62,190 nt of DNA from a virus (Duplodnaviria > Caudoviricetes), in IMG/VR virus record IMGVR_UViG_3300031511_000001, positions 1-62,190 of that record, one strand, 5' to 3'. Made by a program: the position numbers and the translations under genes. Positions 9,888 through 17,409 of the stretch are shown here, piece by piece (position 1 is the stretch's first letter; each line of letters opens with the position of its first letter). Under the pieces are notes generated by a model. It saw only the letters and a list, made by a program, of their open reading frames with translations. It was not told where the DNA came from and made no database searches.

Positions 9888-10940
9888 TTACGCCGTCACG
9901 GTCGCTTCGGTGTTGACGATTCTGTCCATCACCTTGATCGGGATGCCGCGATAGCGCGTCCACGGCATGCCGGCGGACTGGTCGGGGCTCATGAGCACGT
10001 TGCGGTTGCGGATGGCCTGGATGTCGAGCCAGTAGCGCAGCGTGCGGTTGCAGTAGATCGCCCACTTCTTGGACATGTCGTCCCAGGGCGCGTCGGTGCC
10101 GGAGATGCCGGAGATCGACAGGTCCATCGACGGCGGCCGAAGGGTCGCATTGTCGAGATAGGCGAACAGATCGGGCGGCGTGGCGCTGGCAAGACCACCA
10201 GCGGCACCGGTGACATCGAGGTTGGCGATGCGCACGGCATAGCGCCAGTCCTCGGGCACGATGCCAATGTCCTGACCAAACCAGGTCGTCCACGCTTCGA
10301 AGCGGTTGCCGGCGCTGTCGTAGGCCGGAACCACCGATCCCTTGTCTTCCATGTTGAGGCCAGCCTTCGATCCACGGGGATAGATGCCGTAGATCGACTG
10401 CATGCCCCAACCGATCAGCCACATTGAGGTGTTGTCGGAACCGGAGCCGTTGCCGTCGATGACGTTCTGCGCGTTCTGGGCAAGCGCGGTGTTGCGCGTG
10501 TTGTAGAAGCTCGAAAAGCCCATGAACTCGGACGGGTCGGTCGCCGTGTTGCCGTACCAGACGGTCTGGGCGATGGTCTGGCCCATGCCCTCAAGAAAGG
10601 CGTTGTCCTCGGTTTCGCGGAAGCGCTGGGCATCGCCGGTGTGAGTCGCCAGATCGCGGTCGATCTGCGAGTAGCCGCGCAGCATGGCGAGGCCGACGCG
10701 GGCCTTGGCCGTGGTCGACTTGCCGTAGGGTGTGCCCTGATTGTAGAGGCGGAAGCTGCCGGTCGGAATGGACGAACGGAACACGAAGGTGTGCCCGGTC
10801 ATTTCGTTCGCTTCCTTGTACGGCATGTCGCCAGAGTAGTCGTTGTGCTGGCTCATCATTTCCGCGATGACCGGGATGTTTCCATCCGCATCAACGCGAC
10901 TTGCCGCATCGAGCAATGTCGGCCAGGATCCCGTCGCCAT
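9888..10940 (-). CDS. major capsid protein (BPP-1 Bbp17-like, HK97 fold)
   Basis: 350 aa; TLLD...EAN...FLEGMGQ...WYGN...SMWLIGWG...DWRYAVRIANLD...GIPIKVMDRIVNTE. Confidence 0.9.
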   Translation of the reverse strand: MATGSWPTLLDAASRVDADGNIPVIAEMMSQHNDYSGDMPYKEANEMTGHTFVFRSSIPTGSFRLYNQGTPYGKSTTAKARVGLAMLRGYSQIDRDLATHTGDAQRFRETEDNAFLEGMGQTIAQTVWYGNTATDPSEFMGFSSFYNTRNTALAQNAQNVIDGNGSGSDNTSMWLIGWGMQSIYGIYPRGSKAGLNMEDKGSVVPAYDSAGNRFEAWTTWFGQDIGIVPEDWRYAVRIANLDVTGAAGGLASATPPDLFAYLDNATLRPPSMDLSISGISGTDAPWDDMSKKWAIYCNRTLRYWLDIQAIRNRNVLMSPDQSAGMPWTRYRGIPIKVMDRIVNTEATVTA

Positions 10941-10950
10941 GATCTATCTC

Positions 10951-11964
10951 CTAGGTCTGATAGCTGGTGTTGTCGTAATTCAGCTTGCCGCGACGACGGG
11001 GATCACGGCCTGCATCCTTGGGTGGCGCGGGATTGGGCGGCGGAATGTCCGCCTCCCGCACGAGTTTTCCGGCGCGATGCATCATGCGAAGCACGGGCTT
11101 GAGATTGCCGGCGCCAGTGATGCGCATCGCGGCGTTGAATTCGTCGAGGTCAGCCTGATACTCGGGCGTGCCGGGCTTGTGATCGGAAACGAGATGATCG
11201 CGCGCCGCAGCAATTCGCTTCATCGCGGTATCGTGCCCGGCGCCGCCGATGACCGGATCGGCCAGAACCTCTTTCATCCACTCGGCTTGCGTCTCGCGGA
11301 AGGTTTCCCACTGCTTGTCGGAAACCTGCTGCGCATAGGCCGCCATCTGATTGGCGTGCATGTCGAGGAGTGCCTGGGCGCCCCTTTGCGGGTCGGCGCG
11401 GAAGGCATCGAGCGCCGAAGTCAGCTCACCGCGCTGCTCGTCGCTGAGGGAAAGGTTTTCGGGAATCTTGAGGCCAGCCTCTTCGGCGAAATAGTCGATC
11501 GGTTCAAGCTCGGGCGGCTCCTCGACCTTGTCGGCTTCGGCGTCCGTATCCGGCTCGCCTTCGGCTTTTTCGTCCTCGGACTTTTCCTCGTCCGGCTTTT
11601 TGTCCTCGCCGTCATCCGCCGATTTTTCTTCAGCAGCGGCTTCGCCGTCGGGTTTTTCTTCGTCGGCCTTTGCCGTGTCGCCTTCGGGCTTTTCAGCCTC
11701 GGCGCCATCGGCAGCCGGTTTTTCGCTGGCCTTGTCGAGAAGGGTTTCAGGAAATTCCTGTGCAGGCTTTTCCTGCGTCGAAGCCGCATCCGCCGAAGCA
11801 TCGGCCGTCGTTCCGAGCTCGGCGGATGCGGACGGAGCGGCCGTGCTGGGCAGAACGGCGCCCTCTGCCTCTGTCGTCACTGGGGCGACAGAAGCATTAT
11901 CCGGAAGAGGGTCGACCGGATTCGAAGAAGGATTTTCGGTGTCGGCGGCTCCCGCCATGTGCAT
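10951..11964 (-). CDS. scaffolding protein
   Basis: Acidic low-complexity N-half, helical C-half (TGAGNLKPVLRMMHRAGKLVRE); upstream of the capsid gene. Confidence 0.75.
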   Translation of the reverse strand: MHMAGAADTENPSSNPVDPLPDNASVAPVTTEAEGAVLPSTAAPSASAELGTTADASADAASTQEKPAQEFPETLLDKASEKPAADGAEAEKPEGDTAKADEEKPDGEAAAEEKSADDGEDKKPDEEKSEDEKAEGEPDTDAEADKVEEPPELEPIDYFAEEAGLKIPENLSLSDEQRGELTSALDAFRADPQRGAQALLDMHANQMAAYAQQVSDKQWETFRETQAEWMKEVLADPVIGGAGHDTAMKRIAAARDHLVSDHKPGTPEYQADLDEFNAAMRITGAGNLKPVLRMMHRAGKLVREADIPPPNPAPPKDAGRDPRRRGKLNYDNTSYQT

Positions 11965-12039
11965 TCTCGCTTTGCGCTCGCCGCCCAGCTAGCAAAGCCA
12001 TGTCACTGAATGCCCTATACCACGTTCGATTTGCCTTTG

Positions 12040-12480
12040 TTAAGAGGCATCGTCTTTTTTACGGCGTCGGGTTTTTTTGGCCTGAGAAGTCGCCGCCAAA
12101 AGTGACGTCTCGTTTTCGGCAAGCATTTGCATGACGCCGTCGCGATTCATTCCCGTCCAGCGCAAATACAAGCGCTCCGCAAACCCCTTCTGGCCGAGGT
12201 TGTACCAGGTCACTTTTTCATCCGGAAAGCCGTTCGGGCCGATTCCGGCGCGGAACTCAAACAGGCCGGCCTCACTGAGAATCTGCCAGATCTCACGGCG
12301 CCCTTGTTCGGTCGACAGAATGTCGCTCCAGAATTCGGCCGACGACTGATCGCGCTTGGCCTTCTGGCGCGTCTGTTTGCGCACTTGCACCGGCTCGGCG
12401 GCGTTGACGGTTTCCTTGAGCGCATCTGCCGGTGTGTCGTCTGGCTCGTCGAATGAGGGGGTGTTTTTGTCATCGGCCAT
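12040..12480 (-). CDS. head protein between portal and scaffold (Bbp19-like)
   Basis: ILSTEQGRREIWQILSEAGLF...YNLGQKGFAERL; start MADDK with GGAG RBS. Confidence 0.7.
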   Translation of the reverse strand: MADDKNTPSFDEPDDTPADALKETVNAAEPVQVRKQTRQKAKRDQSSAEFWSDILSTEQGRREIWQILSEAGLFEFRAGIGPNGFPDEKVTWYNLGQKGFAERLYLRWTGMNRDGVMQMLAENETSLLAATSQAKKTRRRKKDDAS

Positions 12481-12490
12481 CGTGCCGCTC

Positions 12491-12790
12491 CTATCTGGAC
12501 TCGCCAACGCGAAATGTGCCGTCGCTATAATTGCCGCGCTGATTGCTGGGTCCATTGGTTCCCCAATTTGGCCCTTGTTCGCCGGTCTCCAAATCATCAA
12601 GCCAAAACAGATTTACCGACCTATAGCCAGGGTGATCCCGTTCCTCATTCACACGCACCCACGCCGAAGGTTGCCACGGTGTATCATCGACTGCGAGTAC
12701 CGTCCCAACTTCGCCTTGGGTGCCTTCTATTCCTTCGCTGTTGATGCGAACTTTGCGGCCAAGCCAGTCTTTCACGCTGTCCAGTGTCAT
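12491..12790 (-). CDS. hypothetical (SH3/KOW-like) array protein
   Basis: ORF with GAGGAG RBS; LGRKVRI...GEVGTVLAV. Confidence 0.6.
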   Translation of the reverse strand: MTLDSVKDWLGRKVRINSEGIEGTQGEVGTVLAVDDTPWQPSAWVRVNEERDHPGYRSVNLFWLDDLETGEQGPNWGTNGPSNQRGNYSDGTFRVGESR

Positions 12791-12802
12791 CGTCAGTGCT
12801 CC

Positions 12803-12994
12803 TCAGTTGGACTGTGTTTCAGCGTTGAGCACCTTGCCCGCGTTCCATGCAGCAACCGCATCCGCCTCTATGTTGAAGTAGCTTGTGACGCGCCAGCAAT
12901 AGCAGCAGGCGACGCGAGATCGACTGCTCAAGTTCGTCTCGATCACAAGCGGACCTTGCTCACTGCATGTGCACGGGTTTGCGCCTTCGACCAT
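12803..12994 (-). CDS. Lar-like restriction alleviation Zn-finger protein
   Basis: NPCTC...VACCYC...DAVAAWN pattern of the Lar family. Confidence 0.6.
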   Translation of the reverse strand: MVEGANPCTCSEQGPLVIETNLSSRSRVACCYCWRVTSYFNIEADAVAAWNAGKVLNAETQSN

Positions 12995-13006
12995 GTCGGT
13001 CGCCTC

Positions 13007-13237
13007 CTAATCTGGATCGCTCGAATTATACCGAGCGACTTCCTCAATCTCGTCATTGATGCTCTGCACGAGTTCCAAAGCGGTGGCCGGGTAGTTCTGC
13101 ACCGAATTCGGCTCGCGCTCGCTTTCGACGCAATAGCCTTCCGGCGTCAAAAGCGTGTGGTATGTGCCGCAGATTCGTCCGTGCCATGACGAACCCTTGA
13201 CCTTGCGAACACGGTCGCCATCTTCGAATTTTGACAT
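13007..13237 (-). CDS. dfrB: DfrB-family (R67-type) dihydrofolate reductase homologue
   Basis: [52 protein letters not shown] aligns gap-free to R67 [52 protein letters not shown]. Confidence 0.85.
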   Translation of the reverse strand: MSKFEDGDRVRKVKGSSWHGRICGTYHTLLTPEGYCVESEREPNSVQNYPATALELVQSINDEIEEVARYNSSDPD

Positions 13238-13246
13238 CTCGTGCTC

Positions 13247-13489
13247 CTATTTCGGAATGGGCTTGCGCGTGATGGTGAATTCGAATTGCTCGTCACCACC
13301 ACCAAACGAAACTACAGTGGACGCGCCGGGCTCCGGCATCTTGTGGTCAAAAGCAAATGACGCAAGCGCCTGCCAAAACTCGTTAGTTGCGTCGCGGGTT
13401 TCGAGCGCCAAAGTCGGGTCTTTCCCGAAGCGTGCCAGCACAATTCTGTTGCTGAATGGCGCATGCCGAATGCCTACTTTCTCAAGCAT
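13247..13489 (-). CDS. hypothetical array protein
   Basis: 80-aa ORF with RBS and junction motif. Confidence 0.6.
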   Translation of the reverse strand: MLEKVGIRHAPFSNRIVLARFGKDPTLALETRDATNEFWQALASFAFDHKMPEPGASTVVSFGGGDEQFEFTITRKPIPK

Positions 13490-13498
13490 TTCTGTCTC

Positions 13499-13654
13499 CT
13501 ACTCGGAATTACCAAATCGTTTGAAATAGCCGAGCGCCAACAGCGTTAGGCCAGCCCCTGCGGACAGGATATAGTAGTCCGGCGCTGCTCCGCCGATTCC
13601 AATCAAAACTCCCGCCAGCCACCCGAGATACACTGCCGCTCCGTTTGCACTCAT
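13499..13654 (-). CDS. small membrane protein (51 aa, below the ORF track cutoff)
   Basis: MSANGAAVYLGWLAGVLIGIGGAAPDYYILSAGAGLTLLALGYFKRFGNSE; GGAGG RBS; two hydrophobic segments. Confidence 0.6.
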   Translation of the reverse strand: MSANGAAVYLGWLAGVLIGIGGAAPDYYILSAGAGLTLLALGYFKRFGNSE

Positions 13655-13664
13655 CACCCGCCTC

Positions 13665-14087
13665 CTACTTGGAATTGCGTTTCTTCGCCCGCATCCGGGC
13701 CATGTTCCTGGCGCGCTTGGCGCGCAGAGCTTCGGCCACGATAGCCCTACGCCCGGCTTCGTCTGCCGGCTCGCGTGACAGGCCGACCAAAATGCCGACG
13801 CCCTTGGCGGTCAACCGATCGACGAAGTTCTGAGCCATCGTATTGGTCAGACCGGCGCAGGTTCCGTCAGCAATGGCCACCAGGTCGCCCTCGACGGTCG
13901 CCTTGCTCAGCAGATATTCCCATTCCTCACAAAGCAGCTCCGGGCGCGTGGTCCAATCCTTGATGCGCTGGATCACCACCGGCCCGGTCTTGTCCTTGTG
14001 ATCGAGCCCGTGAAACTCCATGATGGCGCGCTGATCCTTCTCGGAAGGCCGGCGCGGCGCGATGAGAATGAAGCCCCAAACTGTCAT
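13665..14087 (-). CDS. serine resolvase-fold protein, catalytic residues lost, no HTH
   Basis: G5, S15, Q19, G27 and EGD-x10-G-x16-GV are in register with gamma-delta resolvase; YARVS is FILIA and DRLGR is TCAGL. Confidence 0.65.
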   Translation of the reverse strand: [140 protein letters not shown]

Positions 14088-14102
14088 TTGATATACCTTG
14101 GC

Positions 14103-14148
14103 TCTTGCATTGTGTCTGATATACGCGTATATCGAATGGAACGCAAGA
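14103..14148. promoter_or_regulatory. symmetric bidirectional sigma70-type promoter with 16-bp palindrome GATATACGCGTATATC
   Basis: Plus: TTGCAT(14105)-N17-TATATC(14128). Minus: TTGCGT-N17-TATATC. Both share the palindrome axis at 14125/14126. Confidence 0.7.
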
Positions 14149-14160
14149 TGGAGAGCGGAA

Positions 14161-14379
14161 ATGTTTGACCATTTGAACCCAAACGAATGCGCCCGCGCCG
14201 CAACGATGCGCGCCGCCGCAGCAGGAATGTCAGCATATCGCCTCGCCCTGGTATGCAATAAGCTCCGCCCCGGCTTCGACTTCAGAGGGCTGGGCAAGCG
14301 CGATCTGTACGATGAGTTTGCGCGCGGTGAGCTTTCGCATGTTTCTGGTGAAGCCCTCCGCTCAGCCCTGTCCAAATGA
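14161..14379 (+). CDS. hypothetical array protein
   Basis: ATG 14161 with GGAGAG RBS; first gene of the plus array. Confidence 0.6.
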   Translation: MFDHLNPNECARAATMRAAAAGMSAYRLALVCNKLRPGFDFRGLGKRDLYDEFARGELSHVSGEALRSALSK

Positions 14380-14391
14380 CTTGAGGCCGCC

Positions 14392-14643
14392 ATGTCCTTT
14401 AATCACGACTTCAAAAGAGCTAATGGCACAGAGGTAATGGTGACATTTCGCGTGACAGGCGGTGGCGGAGACTTCTTCGCCGGCGGATGCTGGAACCCTG
14501 GCGACCCGCTCGAAATCGAGTTCGGGCCGAAGGTCTATGGCTTGCCGGAGGGCGAGAAACTGACCGATGAAGAATGGGACAAGATCGAAGCCGAGATTTT
14601 GGCAAACTCTCCCACCGACGCCGACTATGACGATTATTCCTGA
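14392..14643 (+). CDS. hypothetical acidic array protein
   Basis: GAGG RBS; junction motif. Confidence 0.6.
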   Translation: MSFNHDFKRANGTEVMVTFRVTGGGGDFFAGGCWNPGDPLEIEFGPKVYGLPEGEKLTDEEWDKIEAEILANSPTDADYDDYS

Positions 14644-14656
14644 AAACCCCGAGGGG

Positions 14657-14860
14657 ATGATGAACCGAAAAATCCGCATTCTTATGCAAGAGACGTCTGG
14701 TGCCGCTGCTGCAAACATCGGCGGTCCGGCCTACACCACTTATGTCACATTCGACGTCGAAGCTCCTGAATTGGTCGCACGCATGGAAGCGCCTTGGGAT
14801 CAATATGGTGGACGCTCTATAATCGGCGTCGAGATCCTTCCGGACGATAAGTCCGAATAA
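14657..14860 (+). CDS. hypothetical array protein
   Basis: GAGG RBS; junction motif. Confidence 0.6.
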   Translation: MMNRKIRILMQETSGAAAANIGGPAYTTYVTFDVEAPELVARMEAPWDQYGGRSIIGVEILPDDKSE

Positions 14861-14876
14861 CCCCCTGGATGGCGCT

Positions 14877-15116
14877 ATGAACCCGAACTATTTTATTGGT
14901 CTTGGCTTTGCCGCCGCACTGTTCGGAACGCGCCTCGTCGAGGCAGACGAGAAACTGATTGAACAGCGCAAAGAGGAACGCCGCCGCGTCGAGGAACAGA
15001 TGAAGGCTGACGCCGAAGCACGACGACTTGCGAGCCCTGTTTACGCCGCTGCCGAAGCAAAGCGCGAGCGCAAGAGAAAGAAGCTCGCCGCCATTGCCTC
15101 GCGCGGCAATGCCTAA
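14877..15116 (+). CDS. hypothetical coiled-coil/basic array protein
   Basis: AAEAKRERKRKKL tail; junction motif. Confidence 0.55.
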   Translation: MNPNYFIGLGFAAALFGTRLVEADEKLIEQRKEERRRVEEQMKADAEARRLASPVYAAAEAKRERKRKKLAAIASRGNA

Positions 15117-15139
15117 TTCCAAAAACCCCAGAGGAAGCT

Positions 15140-15415
15140 ATGTACATCACTTCTACTCAAGATAAGCCGCTCACAAGCCTGCCGGACCGAGGCAGAGACA
15201 AGCTGGACGCCGAGAAGATCAACGCCATTCCTCGTCCGTTTATGGCGAGGATGTGCGGCGGCGGAGAGTGGGAAGTCATCGACGTCGAGGTCGAATGCGC
15301 CATCTTCCGCGCCGACATTTGCGGAAAATCGCAAGTCATGAATTTCAGCGAGATCATGGAAATCACAGACGTCAACGGCCAGAAGTACAATCCAGACGAT
15401 CTGTGGAACGACTAG
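15140..15415 (+). CDS. hypothetical array protein
   Basis: GAGGA RBS; junction motif. Confidence 0.6.
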   Translation: MYITSTQDKPLTSLPDRGRDKLDAEKINAIPRPFMARMCGGGEWEVIDVEVECAIFRADICGKSQVMNFSEIMEITDVNGQKYNPDDLWND

Positions 15416-15439
15416 TTCCGTAAAACCCCGGAGGCCGCT

Positions 15440-15796
15440 ATGAGCGCCATTGAAGATATCGCCGCCGAACGTAACCGCCAGATCGAGGCGGAAGGCTGGA
15501 CACCGGAGCATGACGACGCTCATCAGTTCGGCGAACTTGCGCGGGCAGGCGCACAGTACGCCATTTTAGCCGCTTGGCCCGATCAAGCCGAACGATCGGT
15601 CATGAGCGGCGACAACGGGCACGCAGTTCCGTTCGATGCAACCCATCTGCACGGGCGCCGCGAGACCATGATTTGGCCTTGGGATGCGGAATGGCTCAAG
15701 CCAACAACCCCGCGCCGAGACCTGGTCAAAGCTGGCGCTCTGATCGTCGCCGAGATTGAACGCATCGACCGCGCCGCTGCGCGCGAGTCCGAATAA
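15440..15796 (+). CDS. conserved phage protein, MazG-like all-alpha fold
   Basis: IAAERNRQIEAEGWTPEHDD...WPW...RRDLVKAGALIVAEIERIDR. Confidence 0.7.
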   Translation: MSAIEDIAAERNRQIEAEGWTPEHDDAHQFGELARAGAQYAILAAWPDQAERSVMSGDNGHAVPFDATHLHGRRETMIWPWDAEWLKPTTPRRDLVKAGALIVAEIERIDRAAARESE

Positions 15797-15814
15797 GGCC
15801 GACCGGAGCCGAAG

Positions 15815-16267
15815 ATGCTCAAAACACCAGACCCAGATAAAATTCCATGCCTCTTTTGCGGGCGTCGGATGAGCAGCCGGTGCGCCGATGAAAGAACGGC
15901 GCAAGAGGTTTGCGGGGTGCGGCCGCAGCCGAAGACTAAAGACGACTTCGTTACGCGTTTTGTGAAGCGCATGGTTGAGCGTGGTGGGAAGCAATTCGAC
16001 GATGGCAGTTCAATCGAGGAATATGCGCAAGAGACGGCGCCGCTCTATTGGGCAGAGCCTGACCAGCGCGAAGAAGGCCCAGAGGCATGCGCTGATGAGG
16101 CACCGATGCTTTGTCGTGAACAGTGCAAGACATGCTGCGGCAATGGTGAAGTAGTCGTGGATTGGGAACGCTATCTGCACGCGTTCCCTGGAGACGTTGG
16201 AGATGAGGCCGTTGCGGAATGTCCAGACTGTGGCGGCTTGGGCTACGTCGAGATTGAATCCACCTAA
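15815..16267 (+). CDS. Zn-finger protein (DnaJ-type CxxCxGxG repeats)
   Basis: CKTCCGNG...CPDCGGLG and an N-terminal CLFC. Confidence 0.55.
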   Translation: MLKTPDPDKIPCLFCGRRMSSRCADERTAQEVCGVRPQPKTKDDFVTRFVKRMVERGGKQFDDGSSIEEYAQETAPLYWAEPDQREEGPEACADEAPMLCREQCKTCCGNGEVVVDWERYLHAFPGDVGDEAVAECPDCGGLGYVEIEST

Positions 16268-16281
16268 CCCCGGAGGCGTTA

Positions 16282-16593
16282 ATGCTCGGCCAATATCTCT
16301 ATGTCCCGCTCGACAAAGCCCAGACGGTGAAAGAAGGCCACGTTTACGTCAATCGCTGGTGGTCAGTTCATCCTGATAAGGGCGTCGTCTTCTATACGAG
16401 GTTCCTCCGCCTCAGAATTGAGGGGGAAGATAACGAACCTTCGCCCCAATGCAATCAGGACGAATATACCGCAAGACACCTGAACGAGAGACTTCGACCC
16501 GACTGTGGGGTTATTTTCATCCCGGCCGTCTATGCGGCGCATGCGTGGGATGAGCTTGTCCATCTTGTCGAGCTTAAAAAAGTCAATTCCTAG
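16282..16593 (+). CDS. hypothetical array protein
   Basis: GGAGG RBS; junction motif. Confidence 0.6.
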   Translation: MLGQYLYVPLDKAQTVKEGHVYVNRWWSVHPDKGVVFYTRFLRLRIEGEDNEPSPQCNQDEYTARHLNERLRPDCGVIFIPAVYAAHAWDELVHLVELKKVNS

Positions 16594-16611
16594 AAACCCC
16601 TGGAGGTGAAC

Positions 16612-16833
16612 ATGGCAGCATACGTAAAACAGGCTGACCAGGTCGTTTTGATCCTGTCGAAGGCCGAAGCGACCGCGCTCAATGACCGGCTGATGCGCAC
16701 TCAGGAGGAAGCTGAAATTTCATTCGGCCTCGAACCGTCGAACAACTCAACTGCGGCCGCTTTGGATAGAGCACGCCGTGCGCTCGACACTGCATGCAAC
16801 CCAAGCTCGCGCTCGGGCGCGGCCATCCAGTAA
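16612..16833 (+). CDS. hypothetical array protein
   Basis: GGAGG RBS; junction motif. Confidence 0.6.
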   Translation: MAAYVKQADQVVLILSKAEATALNDRLMRTQEEAEISFGLEPSNNSTAAALDRARRALDTACNPSSRSGAAIQ

Positions 16834-16851
16834 AGGCCGGAGGACAGACCT

Positions 16852-17391
16852 TTGACGGCCGATGACATCATTGAAGGCTTGATCGGCGTCTCCCAGGACA
16901 AGATCTGGGTGAAGGAATTGCCGCTGTTTGCGGGCGGCAGACGTATTGATTTTTGGACGCTTGAGCCTTCGTTTTCGAAGGGGTATCGAGCCACCTCCTA
17001 TGAGGTGAAAATCAGCCGAGGCGATTTCAAACGCGACAGTGATGAGAAGCAAGCCGGCGCGCTGTCCTATAGCGATCGGTTTTTCTATGTCACCACGCCG
17101 GGCTTGCTGAAACGCGACGAAGTGCCTGACTGGTCTGGGCTCATGGAATGGGACGGCAAGAATTTTTCGGTTCGCAGGCGCGCCCCGAAACGGAAAAAGC
17201 ACGAGCCTAATTGGGAGTTTGTCGTTTCCGCTCTGCGGGGCTCCGCCCAATTTGGGCGCGATGCTGGTCTGACACTTGCCGAAAATGCCTATCTCAAACA
17301 CCGGCTGGCAATGATCGAACGGGCGCAGAAGGCCAAGCAAGAACGAGATATGGACAGGTGGTTGCGCCAGCACGCGCGCGCCGCCGAATGA
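16852..17391 (+). CDS. MmcB-like PD-(D/E)XK nuclease
   Basis: RRIDFW...YEVKISRGDFKRD...YSDRFFYVT...EVPDWSGLME. Confidence 0.7.
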   Translation: MTADDIIEGLIGVSQDKIWVKELPLFAGGRRIDFWTLEPSFSKGYRATSYEVKISRGDFKRDSDEKQAGALSYSDRFFYVTTPGLLKRDEVPDWSGLMEWDGKNFSVRRRAPKRKKHEPNWEFVVSALRGSAQFGRDAGLTLAENAYLKHRLAMIERAQKAKQERDMDRWLRQHARAAE

Positions 17392-17409
17392 TTTTCCGAG
17401 AAACTCCGA

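Larger units (their letters stand above)
12491..17405. mobile_element. island of two divergent small-gene (cassette-like) arrays inserted in the head operon
   Basis: 6 minus-strand and 10 plus-strand genes diverge from 14088-14160; a TCC junction motif occurs at all 16 gene ends; the island interrupts the portal-to-scaffold gene order. Confidence 0.6.

Noticed and set aside
8844-10427. Long antisense ORFs (also 37685-39250, 54554-55831, 10843-12009 and others)
   Set aside because: Shadow frames of GC-rich genes on the opposite strand; no recognisable motifs.
13665-14087. Active resolvase/invertase
   Set aside because: The catalytic Ser and Arg residues and the DNA-binding HTH are absent.
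12491-17405. Classical integron or CRISPR array
   Set aside because: No tyrosine integrase; the junctions are far too short for attC hairpins; the repeats are degenerate and separate whole genes rather than spacers.
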